Positions 51,059-64,000 of a stretch of DNA of 64,000 bases are shown here, one piece after another; the first letter of the stretch is position 1; every line of letters starts with the position of its first letter. The notes below the pieces were generated by a model. It was not told the DNA's origin. It did not search any database and saw only the letters and a program-made list of their open reading frames with translations. Source of the stretch: Octopus sinensis (taxonomy: Eukaryota); NCBI RefSeq assembly GCF_006345805.1, contig NC_042999.1, positions 128,774,001 through 128,838,000 of the forward strand. Direction: 5' to 3'. Position numbers and translations under genes: made by a program.

Positions 51059-51060
<2 letters not shown>
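49140..51060 (-). mobile_element. Young 5'-truncated RTE LINE: RT C-terminal half with inserted PHD-type finger, 3' UTR with 159-bp tandem repeats, (GAT)n tail
   Basis: ORF 49969-51060 is open throughout: GVHQGSVLSPLLF, LLYADD, GLRVNLAKTKV, the Cys-rich insert, FRYLG, VRTAMLHGSETW, LRWYGHVARM, GRGRPRKTW. (CAT)n at 49140-49160 and (TA)n on both flanks. The ORF-track N-terminus (MPTIYIYI...) is just the (TA)n flank. Confidence 0.95.
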
Positions 51061-51095
<35 letters not shown>

Positions 51096-51963
51096 TTGGC
51101 ATATTTGTAGACCACTTAGTTGTGGTGTATTAGTATCAAAAATAGTATCCATTTCTTTGCTGAGCTTAGTTTTGATCTATAGACCTTTTGGTTAAGGCCG
51201 AGCATGACTCCACTGTGCCACTCTGCTCAATGAATAAGTAAGCAAATTTATAATGAATTATTTCTTATATTGTCTGTTCTGGGTTGCATTAATACTATTA
51301 TATCATCCATGTTATTTATTTATTTCTATGCACTGGACTGCTTCAAATGTACAAAATATAGTAACTACATAATATATACTGCAGCACTGGGATGTTAATT
51401 TATTTACTGAAAGGCAACATTTCACTTTGCTAATAACTCCAAGAGTCACATTTGACAAACCATATGCATAGATGTATACATTGCAAATTTTTCTGGATGT
51501 CTCTTAATTTGCCATATCCAGATTAGCCAGAAGCAAATCAATTCTATAAACGTTTCCCCAGTACAACAGCAAGCAAGCTTGCTCATATATGTAATATAGT
51601 TGGTTGCTATATCTAGAACCTAATATTTGACTTATTATTCTTATTCGTTTTGCGCTCTCTCTCTCTTTTAAAGATATTAAGCATTCCTAGATTGAGATTT
51701 TTCTTCCTACTAATTGCATGAAAAATGTCTATTTACTGAAGATTTTCAGGTCACTATATTATATGTATGAGACACTATGCCATGTGTAGCTAGCATGTAG
51801 AACACTTCTCTGAGGTACATTTCCACTACAATATTATCTATACTCATAATAATTATTACTGTATTCCTTTCTTTTTCTGTATCTATACTGATCACTTCTA
51901 AATCTTACCAACTAAGAATATACTCTCCTGAGGAGATCTAATAAAACTTTTTTAACAGTTGAC

Positions 51964-52155
51964 TTAATCCTTTAGCATCTGAACCGGCCATATCCAGCCC
52001 AGATATCCTATCCATTTTACATGCAAAAAGGCCAGATCCAGCTTCTCATGTCATTCTAAAAATACACAATCACCTCATCAAAATCTCAAAGCTATTTGAT
52101 AATGCATGAATAATTTAAAACATTTAACAGAGTAATCTGAACACTAAAGGGTTAA
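51964..52155. mobile_element. piggyBac-type MITE
   Basis: TTAA at both ends (51964, 52152) with inverted termini TCCTTTAG / CTAAAGGG. A related inverted copy lies at ~55240-55450. Confidence 0.65.
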
Positions 52156-53304
52156 AAGACAATATTGCTACTTTTATCTGCAATCTTCTGTTTTCAAAAT
52201 ACCAGTCAGGTAATCTTATTGTTGTTATCTGCTTTGCTTCGTCTTTTAGCTTATAAACACTCAACAAGGGAGTTTTGGTCTACAAATTCTTAGATAATTT
52301 CATGTGATTGAAATTTTTCAACTCACTATATTACTTCATTATTTCAGGCCTTAGGTCAATATAAGAAACTATTAATGATAATGTTGGTTATATTACAGAA
52401 ACTGTAGAGTTTTGGACAAACTGATTAGCTGTATATAACTGCAACCTTTTACAAACTAAGTTCAAATTTTGAAAAGATTGGCTTTGACTTTAATTTTCTG
52501 TCTGGAAGGTGAGGTTAATAAATATAATTACCAGTTAAATATTGGATTTAAATTTTGGCCCAAGGCCAGCCAGTTCAGAGGAAGGAGCTAGTTGATTACC
52601 TTAACCCCAGTTCTGAACTGGTACTTATTTTATTGAGCCTGAAAGGATGAAGGGCCATGTCAACCTTGGCGGAATTTGAACAGATGAAATACTGCTTAGC
52701 ATTATGCCCTGTGTGATAATGATTCTCACCACTTTAAAATTAGTTTGGGCAGAATTTGAACTTGAAGCAGTACCAGTGAAATACTGAAGATTGATTAAAT
52801 CAACTGCATCCTTCTGGAAAAATTTCTGTTGCTATGTCAAATTTGGATGGGTTTCATTAGAAATACCAATTATTAGTTGCAGGCATGGCTGTGTGGTTAA
52901 GAAGTTCACTTCACAACCATGTGGTTTTTGGTTTAGTCCCACTGTATGGAATTTTGGACAAGTGTCTTCTCTCATAGCCTTCGGCTAACCAAAGCTTTGT
53001 GAGTGAATTTGGTATAGGGAAACAGTATAGGAGTTGTCATTTAGATGTGTGTATATGCACATGTTTGTATGCATGTATGTGTGTATCTTAATTTGCCTCT
53101 CACTGCTTGACAAATCTATGTTGATTTTTTTCATCTACTAATGGCTGTGTGGTAAGAAGTTTGCTTCTCAACCACATGGTTTCAGGTTCAGTTCCACTGC
53201 ATGACTCCTTGAGCTAGTGTCTTCTACTATAACCTCGGGCTGACCAAAGCCTTGTTAATAGATTTGGTAGACAGAAACTGAAAGTGTCCATCGAATACAT
53301 AAAT

Positions 53305-53335
<31 letters not shown>

Positions 53336-56300
53336 ATAACTGGTTTTTTGAAAATGATATCTTTAGTAAATTTTAATAAAATATGCAATTTATTTACGGA
53401 GATGTACTTACATAGCAAGTGACCTGATCTGAGAATGTGTGCTGAAACAAAAATAATTGCAGCGTAGAAGGTGCTTATAAGCCATTTAAAAACACACAAA
53501 AACTATTAGATTCACTTCAACATTTAAATTTAATTTGTCAAAATATTTTCGTTGCTTTGAAACTGCAACCTGTTCACTGTTGTCAGTGAACAAAAAATAC
53601 AGAACTTTTTATTAAATTATTTTAAATCCTTTTATGTACACATTAGTACAAATAACAAATAATGATTATAGTGGAATTCATAATATTATTTAGTGTAGGC
53701 TAGGTTGAGGATTAAGGGCATTTTTCTGAATAAATATTTATGTAAATAGTAAATAATGTGGTTTCTTTATAAATATATTTAGTAAATTTCTATTATGATG
53801 ATATGTGTTTTGCGGTTCTTCTATTTCTTTCGAACCTACAGATACTTATACATAATATAAGTTTATTTCCTTTTAGAAAAAACTAAGAAACTTTTGATTG
53901 AATTTTTCACATACACATTAGTATGGATAATAAATAATGACTAATATACAATTTATAGAATTAATTAGAATTAATTATAATATTATTTAGTGTCGGCGTG
54001 GAACGGATAAAGGATATTTTTCTGAGAAAATATTTGGTGTATGGTGTAATTTTCTTAATAGTATAGAGCAGAAAGTCAATATTTACTGTTTGACAATAGA
54101 TTAATAACAAATTATTTCTGTTTTAAAATACCAACGTGCAGAAATATACTTAAATTAATATTCTTAAATACACACACACATATTTTATAACTGTTATATT
54201 AGTTTTTATTTTATTTTATTTTTTAAAATTTAATTATTGACGCTCACATTTACAAACATAAAATATATTGATTCAGTCTGTTATACAATTTCAAACTTAA
54301 CATATGTGATTTTCATCCAGTTTATTCTGTTGAGATTCTTACTCAAAAATTTCCATAATATGAATTTTTATAAGTTTGTTGTTGGTTTTTGGGTTTGAAT
54401 TGAAACAATTTTAGGGATTATATTTTTTTTTTATATTATAGTTGTAATTATATAATATTATGTTAATGAATTAACATATGTCAGTTTAAACTCTCCATTT
54501 TCCTTTTATTATTATAAGTCGTGTATACATACCCATTTGTATTGGAGAAAATTTTTTCTACTATATTAGGTATTAAACAATGAAAACCAGATGTTTTGCA
54601 TCCCTATAAAAGGAGCTTGTTTCCTTGTATTGGAGATATATATATATATATCTGTGTGTGTGTCTTTTTGAATGTTTGTCTCCACCACCACCACTGATGA
54701 CAACCAATGTTGGTGTGTTTACATCCCCATAACTTAGTGGTTCAGTAAAAGAAACCAATAGGATAAATACCAGGCTTAAAAAAAAAAATAAAGGATCAAT
54801 TCCTTGAATTAAAATTCTTCAAGGCAGTGCCCCAGCATGGCCACTGTCTAATGACTGAAACAACTAAAAAATAGAAAAAAATACGCTAAAAAATAATAGT
54901 ACGAATAATCCTTATGTACTCATAGCCTGTAAATTCAGCAAAAGAGATCAATAGAGTAATTGGGGTTAATTTAATCAATCTTGTAAATAATGCCCCAGCT
55001 GGGTCACAATTCAGTGACTGAAACATATAAAAGAATTTTTAAAATTATCTTCAGCCTTTTATTGTCATCACTTTTACAAGTGTCCATGTTGTCGATGTTT
55101 AACCCTAGATTAGCCTTGATCCAGCAAACCTATGATCAAAATTTTCCAACCATGGCCATCCAATTCTTTATTCCAATGTAGTATTTCTAGGATTACATTA
55201 TCCAATGTGTTGCTTCCCTTCTTCATTTCCTCTTCTTTTATAGCATTCAGATTACTCCGTCAACTGTGATGCTTATTTATTCACATTGTTTTGAATTAAT
55301 CATGCATCATGTTGCAGTTTTGAGATTTCAATGATGAAATTGTTTATTTTTAGAATGATATTGTTGGGTAAGTTTGAGAGGCTGGATATGGCCAGTTTGC
55401 ACATAAATGGGTAGAATATTTTGGCCAAATATGGATAGTTTAAATGTGTTAGTTGTCGGAGCACTGCATCCTTCAAAACTTCCATGCTTCCTGAGATTCG
55501 CCAACACTATACCTGATTTTCTCCCCTCCATACACATGCAAGCATGTATCTGACTCGTACACTGTTCACTTTCCAGACATTTGTACATTACTGCATATAC
55601 TTTATACGCACTTTTTGACAAGTTATGGTGCACCTGAGCACTGTATACAATAATTTCATTTTATATTTTTAAAGGGTTAAGCTTAATCAGAAGAAGGTAA
55701 GTAGCAGTGACTCTTTTTAAGACAAGTGGGAACGAACAGAGGAAGTTATTGTCAAACCAGGGATTTAACTGAAATGTTTGTAATAAAATGTATTCATTAA
55801 AAGTACCAGATGTCTTGTGGCAGTGTTTAACCTGACAAGATTACAGGATGTGATCTAAAGGAGATTTTGACTGCTATTTCTAGCAGTGTGAAAGGTTGCA
55901 TAGATGTCCCCACATTGGCGTATGGCATATGGTTATTTTAATTGTTAATTTTGTTATTAAATAGAAACAAAAATCTTATATCCCCTGCATTTGGAATCAC
56001 TTTCCATAGCACAAATATATTTGGCTTGTTTAGCCATAATTCTTTGTGTCAAATTTGCAGCTGCTGCAAACTTTCAGTGCACGTGATAGGCAGCACACAC
56101 AAGCACATACACACATTGAAACATGCATACACAGTGTTGCTCACATATTTGGGATGGTGCACGTGACACACAGCACACAAAAACACATGCACACACACTC
56201 ACATACATGCAAACACACAGTTGTAAACATGCATATACAACATTGCTCACACATTTGAGATGGTACAAATGCCACATGTGCTCTCATATACACATACACA

Positions 56301-58989
56301 CACACAGATTATGGAACAGATCTCCCAGAAAGCTATTCACCTGATAAATGAAAAAATAGAAGGTGAGTGAGTTAAAATGAAAAAATAGAAGGTGAGTGAG
56401 TTAAAATGAAAGAAGAAATTAAAAAGTATATGGAAGAAGCTGCGAGAGATATTGGCCAAGCTGTTTTGAAGTTCAATCATTTTCTTTTATTCTTTTGTGG
56501 GTATTAGTCAATTTAACACTGGCTATGCTGGGGTGTAGTCAATTATATTTATTTCTTTATTGCTCACAGGGGGCTAAACATAGTGGGGACAAACAAGGAC
56601 AGACAAAGGGATTAAGTCAATTACATCGACCCCAGTGTGTAAATCGTACTTATTTAATCAACCCTGAAAGGATGAAAGGCAAAGTCAACCTCAGTGGAAT
56701 TTGAACTCAGAATGTAATGGCAAGCAAAATACTGCTAAGTATTTCGGCCAGCATGCTAACAATTCTGCCAGCTTGTCGCCTTCATATTGACCAACTAGTA
56801 TTGATGGGAAACTGATTTTATCAATCACAGAATGTTAGAAGGTAAAACCAACTTAAGCAAGATTTGAACACAAAACAAAGTGGGATACAACTTAATAAAT
56901 ACCACAAGGTATTTATCATATATCATCTACCAGTTCTATCATCCACTGTCCATATTCATGATTTAACTATTGATTTTTACTTGGTATTCAAAGGAGGAAT
57001 TAGGAAGAAAAGGATTGTTAGGGTATTAGAAGTGGATAGTATTGTAAAAAGATTTGCAGTGAATAATTAATTGGTGTTTGAAAGGCAAAGTGGAACTCTG
57101 ACATGTAGGCTTCTGTCAGAGATGATGTTGCATACAGAGTCATCTGTGTTGATAAAGGGTGGAGTATTTCGATCATGTGTTGGCTGGCAGTTAGGATTGA
57201 TATCATATAGTAACACTTGAATTTTTGACAGTTTTCTTTCTGAGGGCGAAATTATAACTTTGGTATATCACTTATATTTTCTTGGACTTCTATGTTAATT
57301 AGTCAAACTTTCTTGAGAAATATTTCAGCTAAATTAAACTGAGCAGTTGATAACAGAAAGAAAAAAAGAAAACTAAGCAATATGTAACAAATATTCTGAA
57401 TAGAAAATATAGCTGTATCATTAAATGGGACTATAATGGTGGTGGTAGAATGAAGGAAGGAGGAAAGATGAAAGGAAGAAAGAAGGAAAATGTCTAAGTG
57501 GGTTGCTGGTTGTTGTCAATTGGTAGTGGTGGTCTTAATTATTATAGGCAGAAGATTCAGGGTGGTATTGTCAGTGATAGTTTCAGAAGTGGTGGAAGGA
57601 ATGGTAATGTTGTTAACCTCTTGTCAGCCCTGATTAAGGAGATCTAGGGTTGCTGTTGTTGATGATAATGGTGATGGTGGTACTGGTGGTTGTAATAGAA
57701 TAGCATTAGCAGTGGAGATGCCTTCAGTAGTAATGGTAGCAATTAAATAGTAATGGTGTATGTATTTTTTTGTGTCTGTCATAATGAAATTTTAATTTTT
57801 TTTAATGATCTTGTTCTTGGCATGTTATATGCATACAAGTATTTTAGTTTCAACCATTTAATTTCAAAATGAAATTTTATGGTTATTCCAGTAATGATGT
57901 AAAATGTCTACCAAAAAATAGAATTGGTATTTTTTGAAAGTCTTGATAAACTTGACATATCTCAATGAAAAAAATAGCTTCAAACATGTCAATATGTATA
58001 TAATATAATGAACTTATTGTATAGTGTTCAGGTGCACTACAACTCATCAGAAAAAATAACAAAAACTGCATGAACAGTACATAGAATATGTATAAGAAGT
58101 GAACAGTGAAAAAGTCTTTAAAAAAACCAACAAAAACACAAAAGATAGATTGGTATATAAAACTGCTTTTTGCAGTTAAGGGTATGAAATTTTGAATGGA
58201 TATATCTGATTTCCACAGTAAAAGGGATAAATGCATTTTCTAACATGATATTGTTGGGAGATTTTCTTTTTCAAAGTCCATTGCAAGTCACCTAAAAATC
58301 CACTGCAAAACACTACTAGCTCATTGGTCATAAAGTCCACCATCACTATAATAATAAAGGTACAACATTTGAAAGAGAAAAGGAGTATTTTTATGTGTGT
58401 TGTTACATTTTTTATTTTCATTTAAATTAACAACTTTGGAAATTCAAATCGGATAATAATACATCTTCAAAAGCATTCAAACAAAACAAACATCCTCAAG
58501 TATATTATATAAATTTAATATTTAAAAATTTTTCTTTGTTCAAATATTTTTAAAAACAAACTGTTGAATTTGTCATGTGATCACTCATGAAAAGGACTCA
58601 TTTCATTACTATTTAGTTTATTGTTTCTATTTTAAATTTACTCTTACTCTTCTGTTTTAAATTTTACAAATCTAAATTTTAAGTTTTACTCTTTTACTCT
58701 TTTTGTTTTAAATTTACAGTTTTCAATTTAAATTATCATCAAATTTACCACCACTACTACTATAATAACCATTGCCTACCACTACTATCACTTCCACCAA
58801 CACCTCATTGTTATTGATTGTGGCTTCAGTCAGACTTTACTGAACAGACATTTATTCCAGCTAGGTTTTTCTTTTAACATCCAGGACTATACTTATTGTT
58901 TTTTTTTTCAAGATGGTAGGATGGAATTTAAAGGAAATTTTAAGGATATATGGCTATTTTTATAGAGGTTCCTTTCAGCTAAATACTCT

Positions 58990-59390
58990 TACTCTTTCTC
59001 TTCTACTCTTTTACTTGTTTCAGTCATTTGACTGCAGCCATGTTGGAGCACCGCCTTTAGTCAAGCAAATCGATCCAAGCACTTATTCTTTGTAAGCCTA
59101 GTACTTATTCTATCAGTCTCTTTTGCCAAACTGCTAAGTTACAGGAACGTAAACACACCAGCATCGGCTATCAAGTGATGTTGGGGTGACAAACACAGAC
59201 ACACAAACACACAGACATGTATACATGTATATGACAGGTTCTTTCAGTTTCCGCCTACCAAATCCACTCACAAGGCTTTGGTCAGCCCGAGGCTATAGTA
59301 GAAGACACTTGCCCAAGGTGCCACGCAGTGGGACTGAACCTGGAATCATGTGGTTGGTAAGCAAGCTACTTACCACACAGCTACTGCTGC
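58990..59390 (-). mobile_element. SINE family A, full-length-like copy
   Basis: Reverse complement of 6284-6680, including head, central microsatellite and tail. Confidence 0.85.
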
Positions 59391-59839
59391 ACCTATGGAA
59401 ATTTACTGCAGGGAAAATACTACCATCTACTGGTTAGGGTTACCTTTCCACCTCTTTTAGTTTTTATTAGCAGAACATAATATAATTTAGGGATCAATAT
59501 GAATATATTACGCACCTATATAGTCAAAGAAGGGTTCAACGTATTCAGAACCCACCACTTCCTTGCAGCTTCATATAAATATGATTATTGTCCAATAAAA
59601 ACAGAAAGCTGGCAAAATCATTAGAATGTCAAAAAATGCTTTGTAGCATTTTTAAGACTCCTTATATTCTGAGTTCAAATCTGCTGAGGTCAGCTCTGTT
59701 TTTCACCTCTCTGGGAGTTGAAAAAATACCAGTCAAGTACTGGGATTGATGTTATCAACTAACCTCTTCCTACAAAATTGCTGGCTTGTGCCTAAATTTC
59801 AAAACCCTTATTATCTAACTTTTATTTTAATTTTCTGTT

Positions 59840-59870
<31 letters not shown>

Positions 59871-60720
59871 GGCTAATGGTGAATCTATTTTGATAATTAT
59901 GATCCCTTTAGTCAAAATCCTGACTACACCCATATATGTTGACTTTATCTGCTCTTCACAAATATTAATGATGAAAGGTTTTATCTAATTAAGTTAAATT
60001 ATTTGAAGATTAATCTAGGATTGTATGAAAAGTACATTTGTTGCTGCTGACAGAGCAAGACCTTAGATCAGCTTCTTATGTTTTTTAAGAAAACAGGATG
60101 TAATTTCTCGGAAATTTGATAATTATTTCTTGCAAGCTGGTTCAGAAATACATTTTTTAATGCTAAATGAGGGGTCTGTATGTTTGTCTAGAGATAATTG
60201 GAAAAAATTTATCAGATAAATAAGCCAAATTATTGTTGGCTTTGTTGATGAAATTTGGCTTTTCATATATGTGCTCCTGAATTAGCAAGTGTTGATGCTG
60301 GCTTCCACCTTCTTCTCCTCCTCCTCATCATCATTATCCTTCCTATCCCACATTCTCCTTCACCTTTCCCTTCTCATTCTCTTCCACCTTCTCTCCTCCA
60401 CTCCTCCTCATCCTTCTTCACCTACCCACCCTTGTCCTCCTTCATCACCTATCTGCCCTTCACTCCTCCTCCTCCCCTCCTCTTCCTCCTCCTCAACCCT
60501 AGATCAGCTCTGATTGAACACAGATTTCTGATTGATTACATTCCAACCTCAACTATTCTTTAGTTTCAGACAGGGTATCTAAGACTAACGCAAAGTGTCC
60601 TAATACCTTAAAAAGAGAGATAGGGTTTGATTTGAAGGAGATTTAGCTGCTATTTCTGACAGATTAAGCAACCACATAGAGGTTTTCTTGTTGCCTTCAA
60701 GTAGTAAAAGTAAAATAGCC

Positions 60721-61891
60721 GGATCTTTTCTATTCTGAAGCCAGTTTTTTCAAATTTTTCCTACTGGACCAAACAATTTGAAACTTCGTATACTGGTAGA
60801 ATGTGTCAAAAGTAAACTTAATTGTAAACCAGAATGAAAACGGAATTGTAACTTCTAAGTTTAACGTTGTTTAATAATTAGAATTTTAACCAATGATATT
60901 CCGTCATTCGGCTTTATTTTATTTACTCCGTCTCGACCACCGTCTCGACGTATTAAACATCTTAAATGTAAAGAAGCTATAGTCAGCCACCTTCTAATAA
61001 CAAAAGTTTGTCTTTGAAGTTACCATCTAGGGGAAGCATTGATGTACATGTGTGTGTGTGTGTGTTTGATGGGGTGTGGGAGACAGTATGTTGTGTAAGT
61101 GAAGTGCTTCTGTTAGTGTGTGTGAAGAGACAGAGAGAGTAATGTGTGAAAGAGAGAGATAACTGAAATTTTTTACTCGGTGTATGTGTATATGCCTGAA
61201 TGTATGTGTGTATGTATCTGTGTATGTGTATGTATGTATGTATGTATGGCCGATTCAATGTAATTTTTTACACATACTTACACACACACACACACATACA
61301 TACACACACACATGCAGACATACATATACACATACACCGAGTAAAAAATTATATATATATATATATATATTAATTTATAAAAATATGGTAAAGTAAAAAA
61401 ATTACTTAACCACACACTGAGCTTTTTAGAAATAGCAGCCAAAAATTTCTCAACTGCAAGAAAAAGTCTCCCAGACAATGCATACTCAGAAATAATTCAC
61501 ATACGTATAAGAGAAAAACAACGAAAAATCACATGGATTCTCCGATATATGTTATAAAAATATGGATTCTCCGATATAATTTATAAAAATATGGTAAAGT
61601 AAAAAAATTACTTTACCACACACAAAGCTTTTTAGAAATAGCAGACGTCACAAAACTGCTTTCAACGTCACACTAACAGATCGCAGTAACGTTTTAGATA
61701 TGAAAACAAGCAATCTCATTGGTTAAAATTCGCAGTTTTAATCTACGATTAAAGTCATAAAATAGATTTTTCTCAAATAAACTAGTTCCAACTGGCGAAT
61801 AAACTAGTTCCACTCTATGAGTACACAAAGTTTCAAATTATTTAGTTAACTAGAAAGATCTGGGGTCCTGGCCACAAATTTGAAAAGATCC
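60721..61891. mobile_element. Non-autonomous Merlin-like element with perfect 8-bp TSD (second family)
   Basis: Left end GGATCTTTTCTATTCTGAAGCCAG and right end CTGGCCACAAATTTGAAAAGATCC. AAATAGCC is present at both 60713-60720 and 61892-61899. No ORF; internal microsatellites and short duplications. Confidence 0.75.
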
Positions 61892-62207
61892 AAATAGCCA
61901 AGTGGATAAGGTACTGGAATGACAGCTTCAAATTTCCTGTGAGTGTTTTTGAGAAATTTCTTTGTTGGATATTTTTCATGTATTTGGCTCTACAGGTGAA
62001 ATTCCATTGTAAGGAAATTGAAGAGATATTTATAAAAAATTCAGTGCTCAGGCATGGCTGTGTGGTAAAAAGCTTGTTTCCCAACTACATGTTTTTGTGT
62101 TCAGTCTCACTGTATGGCACCTTGAGTCTTCTGTTATGTAGCCCTAGGCTGACCAAAATTTTCTGAGTGGATTTGGCAGATAGAGAAGCCCATTACACAC
62201 ACACACA

Positions 62208-62238
<31 letters not shown>

Positions 62239-62523
62239 TATAAAAGTAAAAGTAGAAACAGCACAGAAGTATGTTTAAAGTTTCTTTTTAATTTTTATTT
62301 CTTTAATCGGACAGGATAAGTATTTTTATATTTGTTACATTAAGCAATTTTTATAAGATATGACCAGCTTTGATGTGTATGTCCATCTTATCAAATATTT
62401 AAAATTCAAAGTCAAAAATTAGGATATAAAACTTAAAAATTAGAAATTAAAACAGTTCTCATATTCTGTACGTAGCTAAGAATATATCTATCTGTCTATC
62501 TATCTGTCTGTCTGTCTGCCTGC

Positions 62524-62555
<32 letters not shown>

Positions 62556-63047
62556 TTATCTATCTATCTATATGTGTGTGTGTGTGTGTATACAGATTGG
62601 GATGATAAAATAATCCTGGCTATTACTTTTTTTAGCACATCATGTAGGATCATGGCTAGTGTAGTTTTCCAAAATCAGAGTGAGATCTGTACAACTAAAC
62701 AACTCCAAGGTAAACTCCAGTAGGCTTAATATAATAAGCTCCACAGAATGATTAACAAGAGTAATAAATTTAAACAAGGAAAGAAGTCAAATTGACTTCA
62801 CGATTGTTTCCATAAATGGATGATACTGTTTAATCTATATATATAATACAATGTTATGTAATTCATGCAATTATATGTATGAATATAGGACTAGGAATGC
62901 TTTTCCATATTTTCATATATAATGGAATATATTACATAACATTGTATGAATTACATACAATTGCATGAGTTGAATGACATTGCATGAGATGTGGAATAAA
63001 CGATATTGTCTGTTTATGGAAGCAATTTTAATGTCAATTTGACTTTT

Positions 63048-63705
63048 GGCTGTGTGGTAAGAAGCTTGCTTCACAACTACATAGTTCCAGATTCAGTTCC
63101 ACTGCATGGCACCATGGGTAAGTCTTCTACTATAGCCTTAGGCCGACCAAAGCCTTGTGTATGGATTTGGTAGAAGGAAACTGAAAGAAGACCATTGTAT
63201 ATATAGGTATATATGTATATATGCATGGAAAGCGGATGTTAAACGATGATGATGATGTATATATCTATCTATGTCTTTGTGTCTGTGTTTGTCCCTCATC
63301 ACTGCTTGACAACCAGTGTTGGTGTATTTACATCCCTGTAACTTAGTGGTTTGGCAAAAGAGACCAATTGAATGAGTACTAGGCTTTAAAAAAAGTCCTG
63401 GGGTTGAGTCATTGGACTAAAAACCTTCAAGGTGGTGCTCCAGCATAGCTGCTGTCAAATGACTGAAATAAGAATAAAAGAAAAGAATGTGTGTATTTAT
63501 GTTTGTGTTTGTTCCCCATCACTGTTTGATAACCAGTGTTGGCTTGTTTACAAACCCTTAATTTAGTGATTTGGCAAAAAGAGACCAATAGAATATGTAC
63601 CAGGCTTACAAATAAATAAGTACTGGGGTTGATTTGTTCAACTAAATGCTTCAAGGTGTTGCCCCAGCATGGCCACTATCAAATGACTGAAACAAGAAAA
63701 AGATA
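63048..63705 (+). mobile_element. SINE family A copy with duplicated 3' half and a nested ~35-bp RTE tail
   Basis: Head at 63048-63195. CATGGAAAGCGGATGTTAAACGATGATGATGATG (63224-63257) sits within the central TA tract. The 3' body occurs twice (~63270-63485 and ~63495-63705). Confidence 0.75.
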
Positions 63706-64000
63706 ACTAAATGATTGGTACAAAAACTTCTGTTATTATGAGGTTGCTAAGAACAAATTGTAAAGATTCTACTATTCACTCAATACACAGGAGTTCATAC
63801 TTTTGTGTGTTTTTATGTATGATGACAACAGTATCTATTTGTAAATCTTCACAAAGTGCACAGGGTGGGTCAAAAGTCACATACGAAGTAAGTTGAATAT
63901 GCTCCAGAATTGTGAAAGACATGCTTCAATTTTTCTAAAATTGAATAAAATTAATAAAATAATGATGAATACACATGTACATGGTGAATGAAATGGATAA

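Noticed and set aside
60964-60985. Partial resemblance to miR-1 (AATGTAAAGAAG); similar partial matches to miR-2 near 62365 and miR-71 near 63913
   Set aside because: Seeds or 3' ends do not match and no precursor hairpin is evident. The first lies within a transposon.

Overview
AT-rich, microsatellite-dense animal genomic DNA. The SINE families, the RTE LINE with (GAT)n tails and the (TA)/(CA)/(TATC) tracts suggest an octopus or other cephalopod (inferred by recognition, not searched). Only one host gene is well supported: a LACC1/FAMIN (YfiH/PgeF family) homologue on the + strand. It has two coding exons, 5256-5924 and 8034-8591 (408 aa), and retains the His-Cys-His triad. A possible first coding exon of an unidentified gene lies at 32485-32599. 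The rest is transposable elements and repeats. (1) An RTE LINE family: the best copy (49140-51060, -) has an uninterrupted RT ORF with a C4HC3 PHD-type finger inside the RT. The family often sits in (TA)n tracts, and its 3' UTR has independently produced three tandem arrays (61-bp units in a BAA higher-order pattern, ~345 bp, 159 bp). (2) A GC-rich, nearly intact CR1-like LINE with a single stop codon. (3) Four Merlin-like DNA elements ending in GGATCTTT, one with a perfect 8-bp TSD. (4) Non-autonomous Helitrons and a Helitron helicase relic. (5) Relics of pogo, hAT and Penelope elements, a piggyBac-type MITE, a fold-back hairpin and many SINEs. I found no rRNA, tRNA gene or CRISPR array. Most ORFs in the supplied track are repeat artefacts. 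All family assignments rest on motifs recalled from memory, and no database search was run.
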